Source: Opitutales bacterium (lineage in GTDB: Bacteria > Verrucomicrobiota > Verrucomicrobiia > Opitutales > PNEW01). Taken from it: DNA of 64,000 nt. The translations under genes were made by a program, and so were the position numbers. The first letter of the stretch is position 1; every line of letters begins with the position of its first letter. Positions 18,966 to 30,426 of the stretch are shown here, in pieces. Below the pieces are notes generated by a model. That model saw only the letters and a list, made by a program, of their open reading frames with translations, did no database searches and had not been told where the DNA came from. The stretch covers positions 288,001-352,000 of the forward strand of contig CBDANS010000007.1 of NCBI GenBank assembly GCA_965197745.1, in the 5' to 3' direction.

Positions 18966-21900
18966 ATGAAAAAACAAGCTTCCCAGGGACTTTACGATCC
19001 GCGGCATGAGCATGACTCCTGTGGCGTTGGTTTTGTCGTAAATGTAAAGGGAGAGCGCTCGCATAAAATTGTAAACCAGGGGCTTGAAATTCTATTAAGT
19101 CTCGCACATCGCGGCGCTTGCGGTTGTGAGGCCAATACCGGTGACGGGGCGGGTATACTTATACAAACACCGCATAAATTTTTACATAAAGTCTGTGAAC
19201 CACTGGGCATACATTTGCCAACCCCAGGTCAATTCGGCGTGGGTATGGTTTTCCTCCCCCCTGAAATTCATTCACGGCGCGAATGCGAAGAAATATTTCA
19301 AGAAGTCGTTCAAGCTGAAGGTCAGCGTTTTCTCGGATGGCGGACGGTCCCAACCGCAAATGATTTGCTGGGTGAAACGGCCAAAGATGAAGAACCGGTA
19401 GTGAGGCAAGCGTTTATTGGACGCAATCCGGAAATTAAGGATGATATGGCTTTTGAGCGAAAGCTCTATGTCATCAGGCGTCGGACAACTTCCAGCGTTT
19501 GGTCGGCCCGACTACCCGAGGCCAGTTGCTTCTACATTCCCAGTCTTTCTTATAAAACCGTAATTTATAAAGGGATGCTCATGTCTGAGCAGGTTTCGCC
19601 CTTTTATCCAGATCTTTCGGACCCTGATGTAGAGAGCGCACTGTCCGTCGTTCATTCCCGTTTCAGCACTAATACCTTCCCCAGCTGGGATCGTTCTCAA
19701 CCATTCCGCTACCTCTGTCATAATGGTGAGATAAACACCCTTCGCGGCAACCAGAACTGGATGCACGCGCGTCAGGCGATGATCGCCTCTGAATTATTTG
19801 GCGAGGATATTGAAAAGATTAAACCTATCTTAAGGGAGGATGGCAGTGACTCCGCCATATTTGATAACTGCCTTGAATTTCTCGTCCTCTCAGGACGTTC
19901 CCTCGCTCATTCCATAATGATGATGATCCCCGAGCCATGGACCAAACATGAAAGTATGAGCGATGAGAAAAAAGCTTTTTATGAGTACCATTCCTGTCTC
20001 ATGGAGCCTTGGGATGGACCCGCCTCGATTGTATTTACTGATGGGATACAGGTTGGAGCAGTCCTCGATCGCAACGGGCTTCGTCCCTCACGCTATTATG
20101 TGACCAAAGATGATCTCGTTGTCATGGCTTCTGAAGTGGGGGTTCTCGACCTCGAACCGGAACGTATTGAACATAAAGGCCGACTACAGCCGGGCCGCAT
20201 GTTTTTTATTGATACCTCGGAGGGGCGCATTGTCTCCGATGAAGAAATTAAAAAGACGATTGTAAGCAAGCATCCCTACCGTAAATGGATGGACGACAAT
20301 TTTGTCAGTCTTGAAGATTTACCTCAGGGTAAATCAATACCGGAACCCGATCACCATACGGTGGTCAGGCGCCAGATGGCATTTGGCTATACCCAGGAAG
20401 ATTTAAAGCTTATCCTGGCTCCCAGCTCACTAGACGGCAATCAACCCTTGGGATCCATGGGCACTGATACCCCGCTGGCGACCCTTTCCGACAAGCCGCA
20501 ACTCCTCTATAATTACTTCAAGCAACTGTTTGCCCAGGTGACGAACCCCCCTATCGATGCGATTCGTGAGGAGATCATTACTTCGACGGAAACAACCCTG
20601 GGATCAGAGGGTAACCTGCTTAATCCTCAACCGCAAAGTTGCCGCCTGATTAAATTGAAAAGCCCTCTATTAAATAATGATGAATTGGAGAAGCTAAGGG
20701 AATTGGATATACGCGGTATTAAATCGGCCACGCTCCCCATCCTGTTTAATCCAGACAAAAGTGGGGTTGGATTGAAAGAGGCGATGAAAGACCTTTGCCA
20801 GAGGGCAAGCAAACTGGTTTGGGAAGGCGTTAATATACTTATCCTATCTGACCGTGGGATCAACCCGGAGGAAGCACCCATACCGGCCCTTCTCGCGGTC
20901 TCAGGCCTGCATCACCACCTTATCAATGAAGGTTCCCGGACACGTGTGGGGTTGGTTCTTGAAACAGGAGAACCGCGAGAGGTTCATCATTTTGCTCTTC
21001 TTATGGGTTACGGCGCGGGAGCTATTAATCCTTATCTCGCCTTTGAATCGCTCGATGATATGATCCTGCGGGGTCAATTAAGTGAGATTTCGCATGAGAA
21101 GGCAGTAGCTAATTATATAAAAGCATCCGTTAAAGGCATTGTTAAAACGATGTCCAAGATGGGTATTTCCACGATACAAAGTTACCGCGGAGCGCAGATA
21201 TTTGAAGCTGTCGGATTAAACAGCGCAGTCATTGATAAATATTTTAAGTGGACCTCTTCACGGGTTGAAGGTGTAGGCATGGAAGTATTGACTGAAGAAG
21301 TATTAATGCGTCAGCGACGTGCTTTCCCCCGTCGTGATACAGGAGATGAAGTGCTCGACCCCGGAGGTAATTACAGTTGGCGGCAAGATGGGGAATATCA
21401 CTTATTCAACCCTATGACGGTACATCGATTACAACGAGCCTGCCGCACCGATGACTATGGGGTATATACAGAGTATGCAGAATTGGTGAACGATCAGTCC
21501 CACAAGATGTGCACCCTGCGTGGCTTGCTTGACTTTAAATATCCATCAAAAGCAATTCCGATTGAGGAAGTGGAACCTGTAGAATCTATTGTTAGGCGTT
21601 TTAAGACCGGCGCCATGTCCTATGGTTCGATAAGCAAAGAAGCCCATGAATCGCTCGCCATTGCCATGAACCGCTTAGGGGGTAAGAGCAATACCGGAGA
21701 GGGAGGAGAAGATCCGGCTCGTTATGTGCTTGAATCTAATGGTGATTCAAAAAACAGCGCGATCAAGCAGGTTGCCTCTGGCCGTTTTGGAGTAACCAGT
21801 TATTACCTTTCCAATGCGAAGGAGCTACAGATTAAAATTGTCCAGGGCGCCAAGCCGGGTGAAGGCGGTGAATTACCCGGTTCAAAAGTTTACCCATGGA

Positions 21901-23555
21901 TTGCCAAGGTGAGGTATTCAACTCCCGGAGTGGGCCTTATCTCACCACCACCGCATCATGACATTTATTCCATTGAGGATCTTGGTGAATTGATTCACGA
22001 CTTGAAAAATGCCAATCGGGGCGCACGCATAAGCGTTAAGCTCGTCGCTGAAGTCGGGGTTGGAACCGTTGCCGCGGGAGTCGCTAAAGCACATGCTGAT
22101 GTGGTGCTAATCAGTGGTTACGACGGTGGGACGGGAGCTTCACCTTTGTCCAGTATCAAACATGCCGGTGCCCCATGGGAGTTGGGGTTGTCGGAAACCC
22201 ATCAGACGCTTGTCCTCAATAATTTGCGCAGTCGTATCGCGGTGGAAGTTGATGGTCAATTAAAGACAGGGCGCGATGTTGCCATAGGTTGCCTTCTTGG
22301 CGCGGAAGAGTTTGGCTTCGCCACCGCTCCCCTGGTCGTCATGGGCTGTATCATGATGCGGGCTTGTCACCTCAATACCTGCCCCGTTGGAGTGGCCACC
22401 CAGAATCCTGAACTGCGAAAACAATTTACGGGCAACCCCGATCATGTTGTCAATTTCATGCGCTTTATTGCCCAGGATTTGCGCGAGCATATGGCCAGGC
22501 TCGGTTTTCGAACCATTAATGAAATGGTAGGACGCGCAGACTTACTGGACATGCGGAGTGCCGTCGATCATTGGAAAGCCAAGGGACTGGATTTCTCTCA
22601 TATTCTCTATCAACCGGATGTTCCATCTACAGTCGGTCGATATTGCCAGATAGCCCAGGACCACGGACTCGAAAAGTCGGTTGATTTACGATTGCTATTG
22701 AATATCTGTAAGCCGGCTCTCGACCACGGTAAAATGGTAAACAGCACCTTGCCTATCAATAATACCGACCGTGTAGTCGGTACCATCCTTGGTAACGAAG
22801 TCACTAAACGTTACGGTTTCGAAGGGCTTCCCGAAGATACCATTTATCTTAATTTTAAAGGATCTGCCGGTCAAAGTTTTGGCGCTTTTATTCCGCGGGG
22901 AATTACCCTTAACCTTGAAGGCGACGCTAACGATTATACGGGTAAAGGTTTATCTGGAGGTAAAATGATAATTTATCCCCCTGCCCAATCTACTTTTTTA
23001 CCGGAGGAAAATATAATTGTCGGTAATGTCGCGTTTTACGGAGCAACCAGTGGTGAAGCCTATATTCGAGGAATGGCAGGTGAAAGATTTTGTGTCCGCA
23101 ACAGTGGTCTCCACGCTGTTATCGAGGCTGTTGGCGATCACGGATGTGAGTATATGACGGGTGGTTGTGTTGTCGTTCTTGGTCACACCGGCCGCAACTT
23201 TGCCGCGGGTATGTCGGGAGGCATAGCTTATATTTATGATGAAGATGGCGATTTCGCGTCACGGTGTAATAGGGAATTGGTAAGTCTGGAGCGCATTGAT
23301 GATGAAGAAGAAATAAGCAAGGTTCGCACGATGATTGAAAAACATGTCGCGTATACCTCGAGCGACAGGGGCAGGGACTTTCTTTCGCACTGGGAAGAGA
23401 GGGTATCAAAGTTTGTCAAAGTAATGCCGAATGATTTCAAACGCGCGATCGAAACGATGGAACGGGTAACCGCGAGTGGAATGAGCGGTGACGAAGCGGT
23501 GATGGCTGCTTTTGAGGAAAATGCGCGCGATATGGCACGGGTTGGCGGTAATTAA
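18966..23555 (+). CDS. gltB: Glutamate synthase large subunit
   Basis: [10 protein letters not shown]-terminal nucleophile Cys, [36 protein letters not shown] and GXGXG C-terminal domain. Confidence 0.99.
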   Translation: MKKQASQGLYDPRHEHDSCGVGFVVNVKGERSHKIVNQGLEILLSLAHRGACGCEANTGDGAGILIQTPHKFLHKVCEPLGIHLPTPGQFGVGMVFLPPEIHSRRECEEIFQEVVQAEGQRFLGWRTVPTANDLLGETAKDEEPVVRQAFIGRNPEIKDDMAFERKLYVIRRRTTSSVWSARLPEASCFYIPSLSYKTVIYKGMLMSEQVSPFYPDLSDPDVESALSVVHSRFSTNTFPSWDRSQPFRYLCHNGEINTLRGNQNWMHARQAMIASELFGEDIEKIKPILREDGSDSAIFDNCLEFLVLSGRSLAHSIMMMIPEPWTKHESMSDEKKAFYEYHSCLMEPWDGPASIVFTDGIQVGAVLDRNGLRPSRYYVTKDDLVVMASEVGVLDLEPERIEHKGRLQPGRMFFIDTSEGRIVSDEEIKKTIVSKHPYRKWMDDNFVSLEDLPQGKSIPEPDHHTVVRRQMAFGYTQEDLKLILAPSSLDGNQPLGSMGTDTPLATLSDKPQLLYNYFKQLFAQVTNPPIDAIREEIITSTETTLGSEGNLLNPQPQSCRLIKLKSPLLNNDELEKLRELDIRGIKSATLPILFNPDKSGVGLKEAMKDLCQRASKLVWEGVNILILSDRGINPEEAPIPALLAVSGLHHHLINEGSRTRVGLVLETGEPREVHHFALLMGYGAGAINPYLAFESLDDMILRGQLSEISHEKAVANYIKASVKGIVKTMSKMGISTIQSYRGAQIFEAVGLNSAVIDKYFKWTSSRVEGVGMEVLTEEVLMRQRRAFPRRDTGDEVLDPGGNYSWRQDGEYHLFNPMTVHRLQRACRTDDYGVYTEYAELVNDQSHKMCTLRGLLDFKYPSKAIPIEEVEPVESIVRRFKTGAMSYGSISKEAHESLAIAMNRLGGKSNTGEGGEDPARYVLESNGDSKNSAIKQVASGRFGVTSYYLSNAKELQIKIVQGAKPGEGGELPGSKVYPWIAKVRYSTPGVGLISPPPHHDIYSIEDLGELIHDLKNANRGARISVKLVAEVGVGTVAAGVAKAHADVVLISGYDGGTGASPLSSIKHAGAPWELGLSETHQTLVLNNLRSRIAVEVDGQLKTGRDVAIGCLLGAEEFGFATAPLVVMGCIMMRACHLNTCPVGVATQNPELRKQFTGNPDHVVNFMRFIAQDLREHMARLGFRTINEMVGRADLLDMRSAVDHWKAKGLDFSHILYQPDVPSTVGRYCQIAQDHGLEKSVDLRLLLNICKPALDHGKMVNSTLPINNTDRVVGTILGNEVTKRYGFEGLPEDTIYLNFKGSAGQSFGAFIPRGITLNLEGDANDYTGKGLSGGKMIIYPPAQSTFLPEENIIVGNVAFYGATSGEAYIRGMAGERFCVRNSGLHAVIEAVGDHGCEYMTGGCVVVLGHTGRNFAAGMSGGIAYIYDEDGDFASRCNRELVSLERIDDEEEISKVRTMIEKHVAYTSSDRGRDFLSHWEERVSKFVKVMPNDFKRAIETMERVTASGMSGDEAVMAAFEENARDMARVGGN

Positions 23556-23574
23556 TTTTATAATTTGAACAGAT

Positions 23575-25053
23575 ATGGGTAAACCAACCGGATTCCTGGA
23601 ATTTCTTAGAGAAACTCCCGACTATCGACCACCGCGGGAACGCGTCGGTGACTGGAATGAGTTCCATCTCCCTATGCCCGAGGAAAAGCTCAAAGAGCAG
23701 GGCGCTCGCTGCATGGATTGCGGTATCCCATTCTGCCATACCGGCATGACATTATCGGGCATGGCAAGCGGCTGCCCCATAAACAATCTGATACCTGAAT
23801 GGAATGATCTTGTTTACAATGGTCAATGGCGTGAGGCTCTCGATCGACTGCATAAGACAAATAATTTCCCTGAATTTACGGGCAGAGTGTGTCCTGCCCC
23901 TTGTGAAGGGTCATGTGTTCTTGGTATCATTGACCCCCCGGTTACGATTAAAAGTATCGAACAGGCCATCATTGACCGCGGTTTTGATGAAGGGTGGGTG
24001 TTACCACGTCCTCCAACCGTGCGCACCGGCAAAAAGGTGGTTATTGTAGGATCCGGTCCCTCCGGCCTTGCCTGTGCAGACCAGCTCAATCGAGCGGGTC
24101 ATAAAGTAACCGTTTATGAGCGTGAGGATCGGATCGGTGGACTTCTCATGTATGGCATTCCCAATATGAAGTTAGATAAACGAAAAGTGGTGCAACGTCG
24201 GGTGGACCTGCTTGCTGCTGAGGAGATTCAGTTCATAACTAATACCGAGGTGGGTAAGGATATTTCCGCGCAAATGCTATTGGATGAGTCGGATGCGGTT
24301 GTCCTCTGCGGCGGAGCAACTCAGCCCCGTGACCTGCCTGTCGAGGGACGCGATTTAAAAGGCGTTCATTTTGCCATGGAATTTCTAACTGCTAATACCA
24401 GAGCGCTCCTTAATGGAGAGAAAACGCCAATCACGGCAATGAATAAAGATGTGGTCGTCATCGGTGGTGGTGACACGGGCACTGACTGTGTGGGAACTTC
24501 ACTCCGTCATCGATGCAGGAGTCTCGTCCAATTAGAGATTCTCCCTAAACCCCCGCTCGAACGGGCCCCGAACAACCCCTGGCCAGAGTGGCCCAAAGTC
24601 TATCAACTTGATTATGGTCAATCAGAAGCGGCGGCCCTTCAGGGTGAAGATCCCCGTCAATATTGCATCATGACAAAAAAGATGGTGGGTGACGCCGAGG
24701 GAAATGTGCAGGAATTACATATTGTTCAAATTGAATGGGACAAAGATGAAAACGGTCGCTTCGTCCCCAAAGAGGTCTCCGGCACGGAAATAAATATACC
24801 AGCGCAACTGGTGCTCCTGGCCATGGGATTTCTCGGACCTGAAGATACAGTTCTCTCTGATTTAAAGGTGGAGCGCGATGAGCAATCAAACGCCAGGGCT
24901 GAATACGGTAAATTTGCGACGAGTATAGAAGGTGTATTTGCCGCGGGTGATATGCGACGCGGTCAAAGTCTTGTCGTATGGGCGATCAATGAAGGGCGCG
25001 GCGCGGCGCGTGAATGCGATCGCTATCTGATGGGGTCGACGGACCTGCCGTAG
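23575..25053 (+). CDS. gltD: Glutamate synthase small subunit
   Basis: [42 protein letters not shown]. Confidence 0.99.
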   Translation: MGKPTGFLEFLRETPDYRPPRERVGDWNEFHLPMPEEKLKEQGARCMDCGIPFCHTGMTLSGMASGCPINNLIPEWNDLVYNGQWREALDRLHKTNNFPEFTGRVCPAPCEGSCVLGIIDPPVTIKSIEQAIIDRGFDEGWVLPRPPTVRTGKKVVIVGSGPSGLACADQLNRAGHKVTVYEREDRIGGLLMYGIPNMKLDKRKVVQRRVDLLAAEEIQFITNTEVGKDISAQMLLDESDAVVLCGGATQPRDLPVEGRDLKGVHFAMEFLTANTRALLNGEKTPITAMNKDVVVIGGGDTGTDCVGTSLRHRCRSLVQLEILPKPPLERAPNNPWPEWPKVYQLDYGQSEAAALQGEDPRQYCIMTKKMVGDAEGNVQELHIVQIEWDKDENGRFVPKEVSGTEINIPAQLVLLAMGFLGPEDTVLSDLKVERDEQSNARAEYGKFATSIEGVFAAGDMRRGQSLVVWAINEGRGAARECDRYLMGSTDLP

Positions 25054-25078
25054 GATATGCGTTTACGCGTATAAGCGC

Positions 25079-25288
25079 AGATGCGTGAAAGAGATAATGC
25101 GTACCGAGGGTGAAGCCCGACATCCTCATATGCGTTAATGTGTATATGTGGTAATGCGGAAGTTGGAAGGACGCGCGTTGTCGTGTCCGTCTGATTAATT
25201 CCGAAAACACGGCCACGTCGACGCGTGGCCCTCCAGAATTTAATGAGAATATCAATCCTCATCCACGCATTATCGCTTTCACGCATCT
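25079..25288. repeat. 210-bp element bounded by 24-bp inverted repeats (MITE-like)
   Basis: AGATGCGTGAAAGAGATAATGCGT (25079-25102) matches the reverse complement of 25265-25288 at 23/24. Internal palindrome GGCCACG-N6-CGTGGCC at 25211-25230. Confidence 0.75.
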
Positions 25289-26063
25289 ACATTTTTTTCA
25301 GCGCGGTAGACAACTGTTGCACGCTGTCGGTAATAATTTGTAAGGGTATACCCGCCTCAATCCAGCGCGCTCCTCGTACCACCCATTCCTTGATTAGATC
25401 AATATCCGCGGCGATTGAAGTTCCCACGGGTATTCCCGCCTTCCCCGCTTTCTCAAATATGGTGCCCACTGCTTTAAGCGCTTCGGGATGGCGAGGCTGG
25501 CCGGGAAATCCTATCGATCCCGCGAGGTCATTGGGGCCAATAACGATCGTCGTTATTCCCGGAACCTGCAATATTGCTTCAAGATCGTTGACCGCATCAA
25601 TGTGTTCAATCTGCAAAATAATGACCACCGTTTTGTTCGCCTCATGGCAAAAATCAGCCCCTTGCGTTTGCGCATAAAGGGCTGCGCGGCCTGGGCCGAT
25701 TCCCCTTATTCCCTCGGGTGGATAAAGGCAGGAACGCACCGCTAGCTTTGCTTCTTCTACGGTCCGAATCTGTGGGAATATAATGCCATCAGCCCCCGCA
25801 TCCAGTACCGGTTTGACTTTAACCGGGTCCGTCCACGCTACCCTGACTATTGCAGCGACATCAGAATTTCGTGTGGCCATAATAAAACTGTCCACAGTCT
25901 CAATGGTGATCGCAGGGTGTTCCATGTCGATCCATAGGAAATCAATGTCCGTCCCGTGTGCGAGACACTCAGTAAGAAGGGCATCACCTCCTGGATTAGA
26001 ACCCGTGCCGAAACAAACCGCGTCACCCTTTAATTTTTCTCTGAAGGTATTTGCGTTTTGCAT
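25287..26063 (-). CDS. HpcH/HpaI aldolase family protein (copy 2)
   Basis: WIDMEH, VRV, LDAGADG, YPPEGIRG, QIEH, IGPNDL. Start placed at MQNANTFREK. Confidence 0.92.
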   Translation of the reverse strand: MQNANTFREKLKGDAVCFGTGSNPGGDALLTECLAHGTDIDFLWIDMEHPAITIETVDSFIMATRNSDVAAIVRVAWTDPVKVKPVLDAGADGIIFPQIRTVEEAKLAVRSCLYPPEGIRGIGPGRAALYAQTQGADFCHEANKTVVIILQIEHIDAVNDLEAILQVPGITTIVIGPNDLAGSIGFPGQPRHPEALKAVGTIFEKAGKAGIPVGTSIAADIDLIKEWVVRGARWIEAGIPLQIITDSVQQLSTALKKM

Positions 26064-26106
26064 GCGGCTGTTTTTACAGAATAAACAATTAGTTTCGGTG
26101 ATGAAA

Positions 26107-26877
26107 TTATTTACGCATCTCAGCACACATCTGTTTAATCCCATTTAAGAAAAAAGGAACGACCCCTCCCGTAGAAATCCAGCGACACCCTCTTGCCGCC
26201 CAGTCTTTGACATGCTCGAGGTCAAAGGCGATGGAAACACCTACCGGCATACCCACCTTATTGGCGGCTTCAATTATCCTGTCCGCGGTCTTCAGCACTT
26301 CGGGATGGCGTGGTTGTGCGGTATAGCCCATGGATGCTGATAAATCATTAGGTCCAATAACGATTGTCGTGATGCCCGGGACTTCGAGAATGGATTCGAT
26401 ATCATTTACGGCATCGATATGTTCGATTTGAACGACGACGATCACCGATTCGTTTGCTTCTTTACAATAATCGGCTCCTGACGAATCAGTATACAAAGCG
26501 GCGCGATTAGGGCCATAACCCCGTATCCCTGCCGGAGGATAGAGACAGGCACTTACGGCCATGCGCGCTTCTTCAACGCTGCGTATCAGTGGCGTAACAA
26601 TGCCGTCTGCGCCAGCGTCAAGCACCGGTTTTATAAGGACATGATCATTCCACGGCACTCTAACAATAGTTGGCAGTTTCGAGTTCCTGGTGGCCATAAT
26701 GTGATGGTCGACTGTCTCGATTGAAATGGACGAGTGTTCCATATCTACCCATAAAAAGTCTAAAATATTACTTCTCGCTAATATCTCTGTAAGGGCCGGT
26801 TCCGTTTTGGCAATATGCGTGCCGTAGCAGACTGCATCTCCTTTTAACTTTTCTCTAAATAATTTAGCATTTTGCAT
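26107..26877 (-). CDS. HpcH/HpaI aldolase family protein (copy 1)
   Basis: WVDMEH, LDAGADG, YPPAGIRG, QIEH, IGPNDL; tandem paralogue of the downstream gene. Confidence 0.92.
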   Translation of the reverse strand: MQNAKLFREKLKGDAVCYGTHIAKTEPALTEILARSNILDFLWVDMEHSSISIETVDHHIMATRNSKLPTIVRVPWNDHVLIKPVLDAGADGIVTPLIRSVEEARMAVSACLYPPAGIRGYGPNRAALYTDSSGADYCKEANESVIVVVQIEHIDAVNDIESILEVPGITTIVIGPNDLSASMGYTAQPRHPEVLKTADRIIEAANKVGMPVGVSIAFDLEHVKDWAARGCRWISTGGVVPFFLNGIKQMCAEMRK

Positions 26878-27305
26878 ACAGCAAGATCCGTGTGAGGATT
26901 GAATTTAATTAAAGATGAACGCTTTCTTGATGGGTTAATCTGCTATCAAATGTCAATCCATTTCCCTCTCGGGCATTCACATAAGCAGGTATTGATATAA
27001 ATGGGATCTTTCATCACAATAACCGGTCTATCCTCATTAAAATCCTGATTCAGATTAATTCGGGAATGAATCAGGTTGACAGGCCTTATTATGTTATTGG
27101 GATAATCTATCTCCCTGCCATCTCCCATTTTCATGAACAGATAATAATGAGTATTTTCAAATACTACCGAGAGAACTAAAATCGTGCGCCTGACACCGTA
27201 ATAATTAATAGTGCTAAAAAGAAAATTAGAGAATCTTCATTCAAAAGACATAAGATACTTACCCAAATGTTTGTAATTATCTCAGCATCCAGTAATATTT
27301 TTAAA

Positions 27306-27533
27306 ATGAGAACACGGAATATAGGGACTTTCATTCTACTTGCATGGATATTAATTATTGCTTCCAGTTGCACGCACGTTGAAGTGACTGAGCAGAGACT
27401 GGTCTCCAAGCCTAATATGCTTTTTTCCGATTCACCGGTTTTTAATTACCAGTCGCGATTTATTTCTCAAATTGAGCCTGGATCTGCGTCCGATGGTGGA
27501 AATCAAGGTACCGGTTGTAGCACATGCCAGTAA
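27306..27533 (+). CDS. DUF4266-like small lipoprotein
   Basis: Lipobox-like IIASSC; C-terminal EPGSASDGGNQGTGCSTCQ resembles the Gly-rich, Cys-pair end of DUF4266. Confidence 0.75.
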   Translation: MRTRNIGTFILLAWILIIASSCTHVEVTEQRLVSKPNMLFSDSPVFNYQSRFISQIEPGSASDGGNQGTGCSTCQ

Positions 27534-27543
27534 AATTCAAATA

Positions 27544-29337
27544 ATGAAGGCTCAAGTGCTTAGGTCGGTATTCGGCTTTTGCCTGGGGGTAGGGTGGTCG
27601 GTTTTAACGCTTAATGCAAATCCAGATGACTCCGTTTATCACTTTAAACTGAAAAGTTGGCAGAGTGAAGCATTCGTAAATCTCGATGACTATCGAGGGA
27701 ATATTGTTGTCCTCGATTTTTTCGCTTACTGGTGTGTGCCCTGCCTCACAGCCACCACCGGTTTGGAGAATAATATACAAAATTACTATGCGGAATTGGA
27801 TGGCAATCCTCATCGTATCCCTGTTCGTGTTTTATCAATAAATATCGAGGCATCTTATCCGAAGAAAACAGAGCAATTTATAAATAAAACCGGAGCCAGC
27901 TTTGTTCTCAATGATACCGATGGAGCGGTTTACAAAAAATTTGATGGCCGAGGACTTCCTTTCATTGTCGTTCTAGACGGAACTGCGGTTTCATCACGAG
28001 GTGATGGATGGAATATTGTATATCACCATGCAGGTTATGAAGGGGCAGCTACAATACGTGCGATTATCGATGCTATTGTTGGGGCCCCGAGCCCAGACAT
28101 GTCCGCTTCTGAAAAGACAAGGAGTGAAATTCCCGTTCAGTCAATGACAACAGATACGGCGGTTGAAACCAATAAGGCTAAGGGATTAGAAAAATCAGTG
28201 GAGAGTAATCATTCTGTCGATAACATAGAGTCACATCGAGGGGGAGTGACAATACTCGTGAGCCGGGAGCAATCAAAAAACGATCGTCAAGATCGCGGAA
28301 AAATAAGAAGCCACTTTATTGAACCTTCCATCGAAGCACTCTGGTCATCGGATATCATCCTCGTGGAAAACTACATAAATTATCGGGTAACCGGGGCTTA
28401 TGCGGATTTTGGTCTGGGCGTGTCTTACAGTATTTTAGACATTGATTATCTACCGTTCGCTCCTGCTGATAATGTCGGCTTTCCAAATCATCTCTCTGAA
28501 GGTCGATCATCTTTTCTTTTAAATTTCAGTAGAGACTTGAGCCCCAGTTTAACCTTTTCAGCAACTGGGGGTGGCTATAATGGTTTTACCGATTATCGTT
28601 CTCTCTGGTTAGATGAATATTATCGGCAGCAGTTTTCTGGCATTGAAGGGTACACTACGGCTGATCCGCGTGGATTTAATTTTATCTTGGGATTGCGCTG
28701 GGAGTATATTCCAGGGAATGGCTTTATCGAGGTTACCGGTTCTTACTCTGAAGATGAAATTTCACCGGGCTACGAAAGGGTACTATTTGAACCTCTTGTC
28801 CGCGGCATCGATTTTCTCAAAAGCTCATCGTTAGGAGTTAATTTAGAAAATGTCTTAACCTCCCGACTGCGGTCACTTCAGCAATTTCAATTTATTGATA
28901 CCACAGCCCGCGAACTAAGATTTTCATATCAAGGTTCGCTCAATTGGGCCGTAAAAGAGAGTTGGGTTTTCCGCGCCGTGGGTGGAGCAACGGTGGAAGA
29001 TGATGCTGACCGAGGGACCTTTAATTCTTTCTCTGCCGGTTTTAATCTGGAACATGACTGGAACCAGACATGGTTCCTGTCTATAAGCGCTCGCTACTAT
29101 CAGGATAATGGACAGATTGAAGAATCCCTTCTCGTCGATAGCGGCGTGCTACCGCTTCAAACTTTTGAAAGTGGTATTACGCTGCGGTGGCAGGGTGAAA
29201 ATACTTCATTTAAAATAGTGGCCCAACCCTACTTTACGCGGTTTGATAGGGTCGAACAGGACGTTGCTCCTTTCGCCAATCTCTATACCGATAGAGACTG
29301 GGCTTTGTTTGGTTTTACATATTCTTACAGTTTTTAG
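27544..29337 (+). CDS. TlpA-like thioredoxin fused to a DUF3570-like outer-membrane beta-barrel
   Basis: Signal peptide and VVLDFFAYWCVPC; the C-terminal 330 aa or so have alternating beta-strand patterns ending in YSYSF (terminal Phe). Confidence 0.7.
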   Translation: MKAQVLRSVFGFCLGVGWSVLTLNANPDDSVYHFKLKSWQSEAFVNLDDYRGNIVVLDFFAYWCVPCLTATTGLENNIQNYYAELDGNPHRIPVRVLSINIEASYPKKTEQFINKTGASFVLNDTDGAVYKKFDGRGLPFIVVLDGTAVSSRGDGWNIVYHHAGYEGAATIRAIIDAIVGAPSPDMSASEKTRSEIPVQSMTTDTAVETNKAKGLEKSVESNHSVDNIESHRGGVTILVSREQSKNDRQDRGKIRSHFIEPSIEALWSSDIILVENYINYRVTGAYADFGLGVSYSILDIDYLPFAPADNVGFPNHLSEGRSSFLLNFSRDLSPSLTFSATGGGYNGFTDYRSLWLDEYYRQQFSGIEGYTTADPRGFNFILGLRWEYIPGNGFIEVTGSYSEDEISPGYERVLFEPLVRGIDFLKSSSLGVNLENVLTSRLRSLQQFQFIDTTARELRFSYQGSLNWAVKESWVFRAVGGATVEDDADRGTFNSFSAGFNLEHDWNQTWFLSISARYYQDNGQIEESLLVDSGVLPLQTFESGITLRWQGENTSFKIVAQPYFTRFDRVEQDVAPFANLYTDRDWALFGFTYSYSF

Positions 29338-29525
29338 TATTCGCATTATCCTTAAATAACTTTAACAGAATCTATGCCTCCCATTAAAATGTTTGAGGAT
29401 TATTAGAAAAGGAGTTACCGGGAATAAACTTGTTGACTCAACCGTCTAGCCTACAATGAGTTTTGGTTATTATTTCTCATTTAAAATGATCGTATTATTT
29501 GAGTATTTATAGTATTTATCTTACA

Positions 29526-30416
29526 ATGATTCAGCGAATTAAGATCACTTTTTCAGCAGCTTTTCTGGGCGCTCTTTCATTTCTTCATCCGGGTTATGGT
29601 CAGCCGTTTCCCCAAGGATCGATTTCCCCTGATTTTACCCTGCCTAATCGTAGTACGGGTGAACCGTTCAGTCTCTACGATCTCGAAGGACAAGTTATCA
29701 TTTTGGATTTCTTTGCTTTCTGGTGCCCCCCTTGCGCCTTCGCCTCACCTGATCTGGAGGTAAATGTTCAGCAACATTTCGAGGCCCTCGGTGGCAATCA
29801 GGATGGCATTCCGGTGCAGGTCGTTTCCATAAATATAGAACCCGAAGACGCAGAAAAAACCGATGAATTTATCGCTGAAGTCGAAACAGAATTGGTCATT
29901 GATGACTTTGATGCAGTGGCTTGGAATACATACAATATAACAAATGGTACTCCTCTGTTTGTGGTCATCAATGGAGTTGCCAACTCGCCCAGTCATGCGC
30001 AATGGGAAGTGCTTCACAACCAGGCGGGATACTCCGGTTCTGATTTTCTGCGTGACCTCATTAATCAGGTCGAGGTTCCAACCGATGAAGGCAGTAATGG
30101 CGAATCGATAAATCTTTTTGCCAACCTCGAAGATATGGGTAATGGGTGGAAATATTCCGAATGGTTCGGGTTTGTTAACGATACCTATGATCCCTGGATA
30201 TTTCACCGTGATCACAATTGGATGCTGATTGACAGTGGGAGTACCCTCGAGGGACTATTGCTTTTTGATTTATCGTTAGGCTGGATATATACGACCAGCG
30301 AATTCTACCCCCACCTGTTCAGTTTCGAACGTGAGTCATGGTTGTATTATGAACAAACGACAAGTAATCCCCGGTTTTTCTTTGATACGAAACGTGAGGA
30401 ATGGATATCTTTTTAA
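29526..30416 (+). CDS. Secreted TlpA-like thioredoxin with C-terminal Trp-rich domain
   Basis: Signal peptide, PDFTL, LDFFAFWCPPC; C-terminal SEWFG...PWIFH...GWIYT...YP...WLYY...NPRFF. Confidence 0.85.
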   Translation: MIQRIKITFSAAFLGALSFLHPGYGQPFPQGSISPDFTLPNRSTGEPFSLYDLEGQVIILDFFAFWCPPCAFASPDLEVNVQQHFEALGGNQDGIPVQVVSINIEPEDAEKTDEFIAEVETELVIDDFDAVAWNTYNITNGTPLFVVINGVANSPSHAQWEVLHNQAGYSGSDFLRDLINQVEVPTDEGSNGESINLFANLEDMGNGWKYSEWFGFVNDTYDPWIFHRDHNWMLIDSGSTLEGLLLFDLSLGWIYTTSEFYPHLFSFERESWLYYEQTTSNPRFFFDTKREEWISF

Positions 30417-30426
30417 TTTTTGCGCC

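Noticed and set aside
26946..27134. 62-aa minus-strand ORF with CLCEC
   Set aside because: No clear ribosome-binding site or recognisable family; cannot be separated from a chance ORF or remnant.
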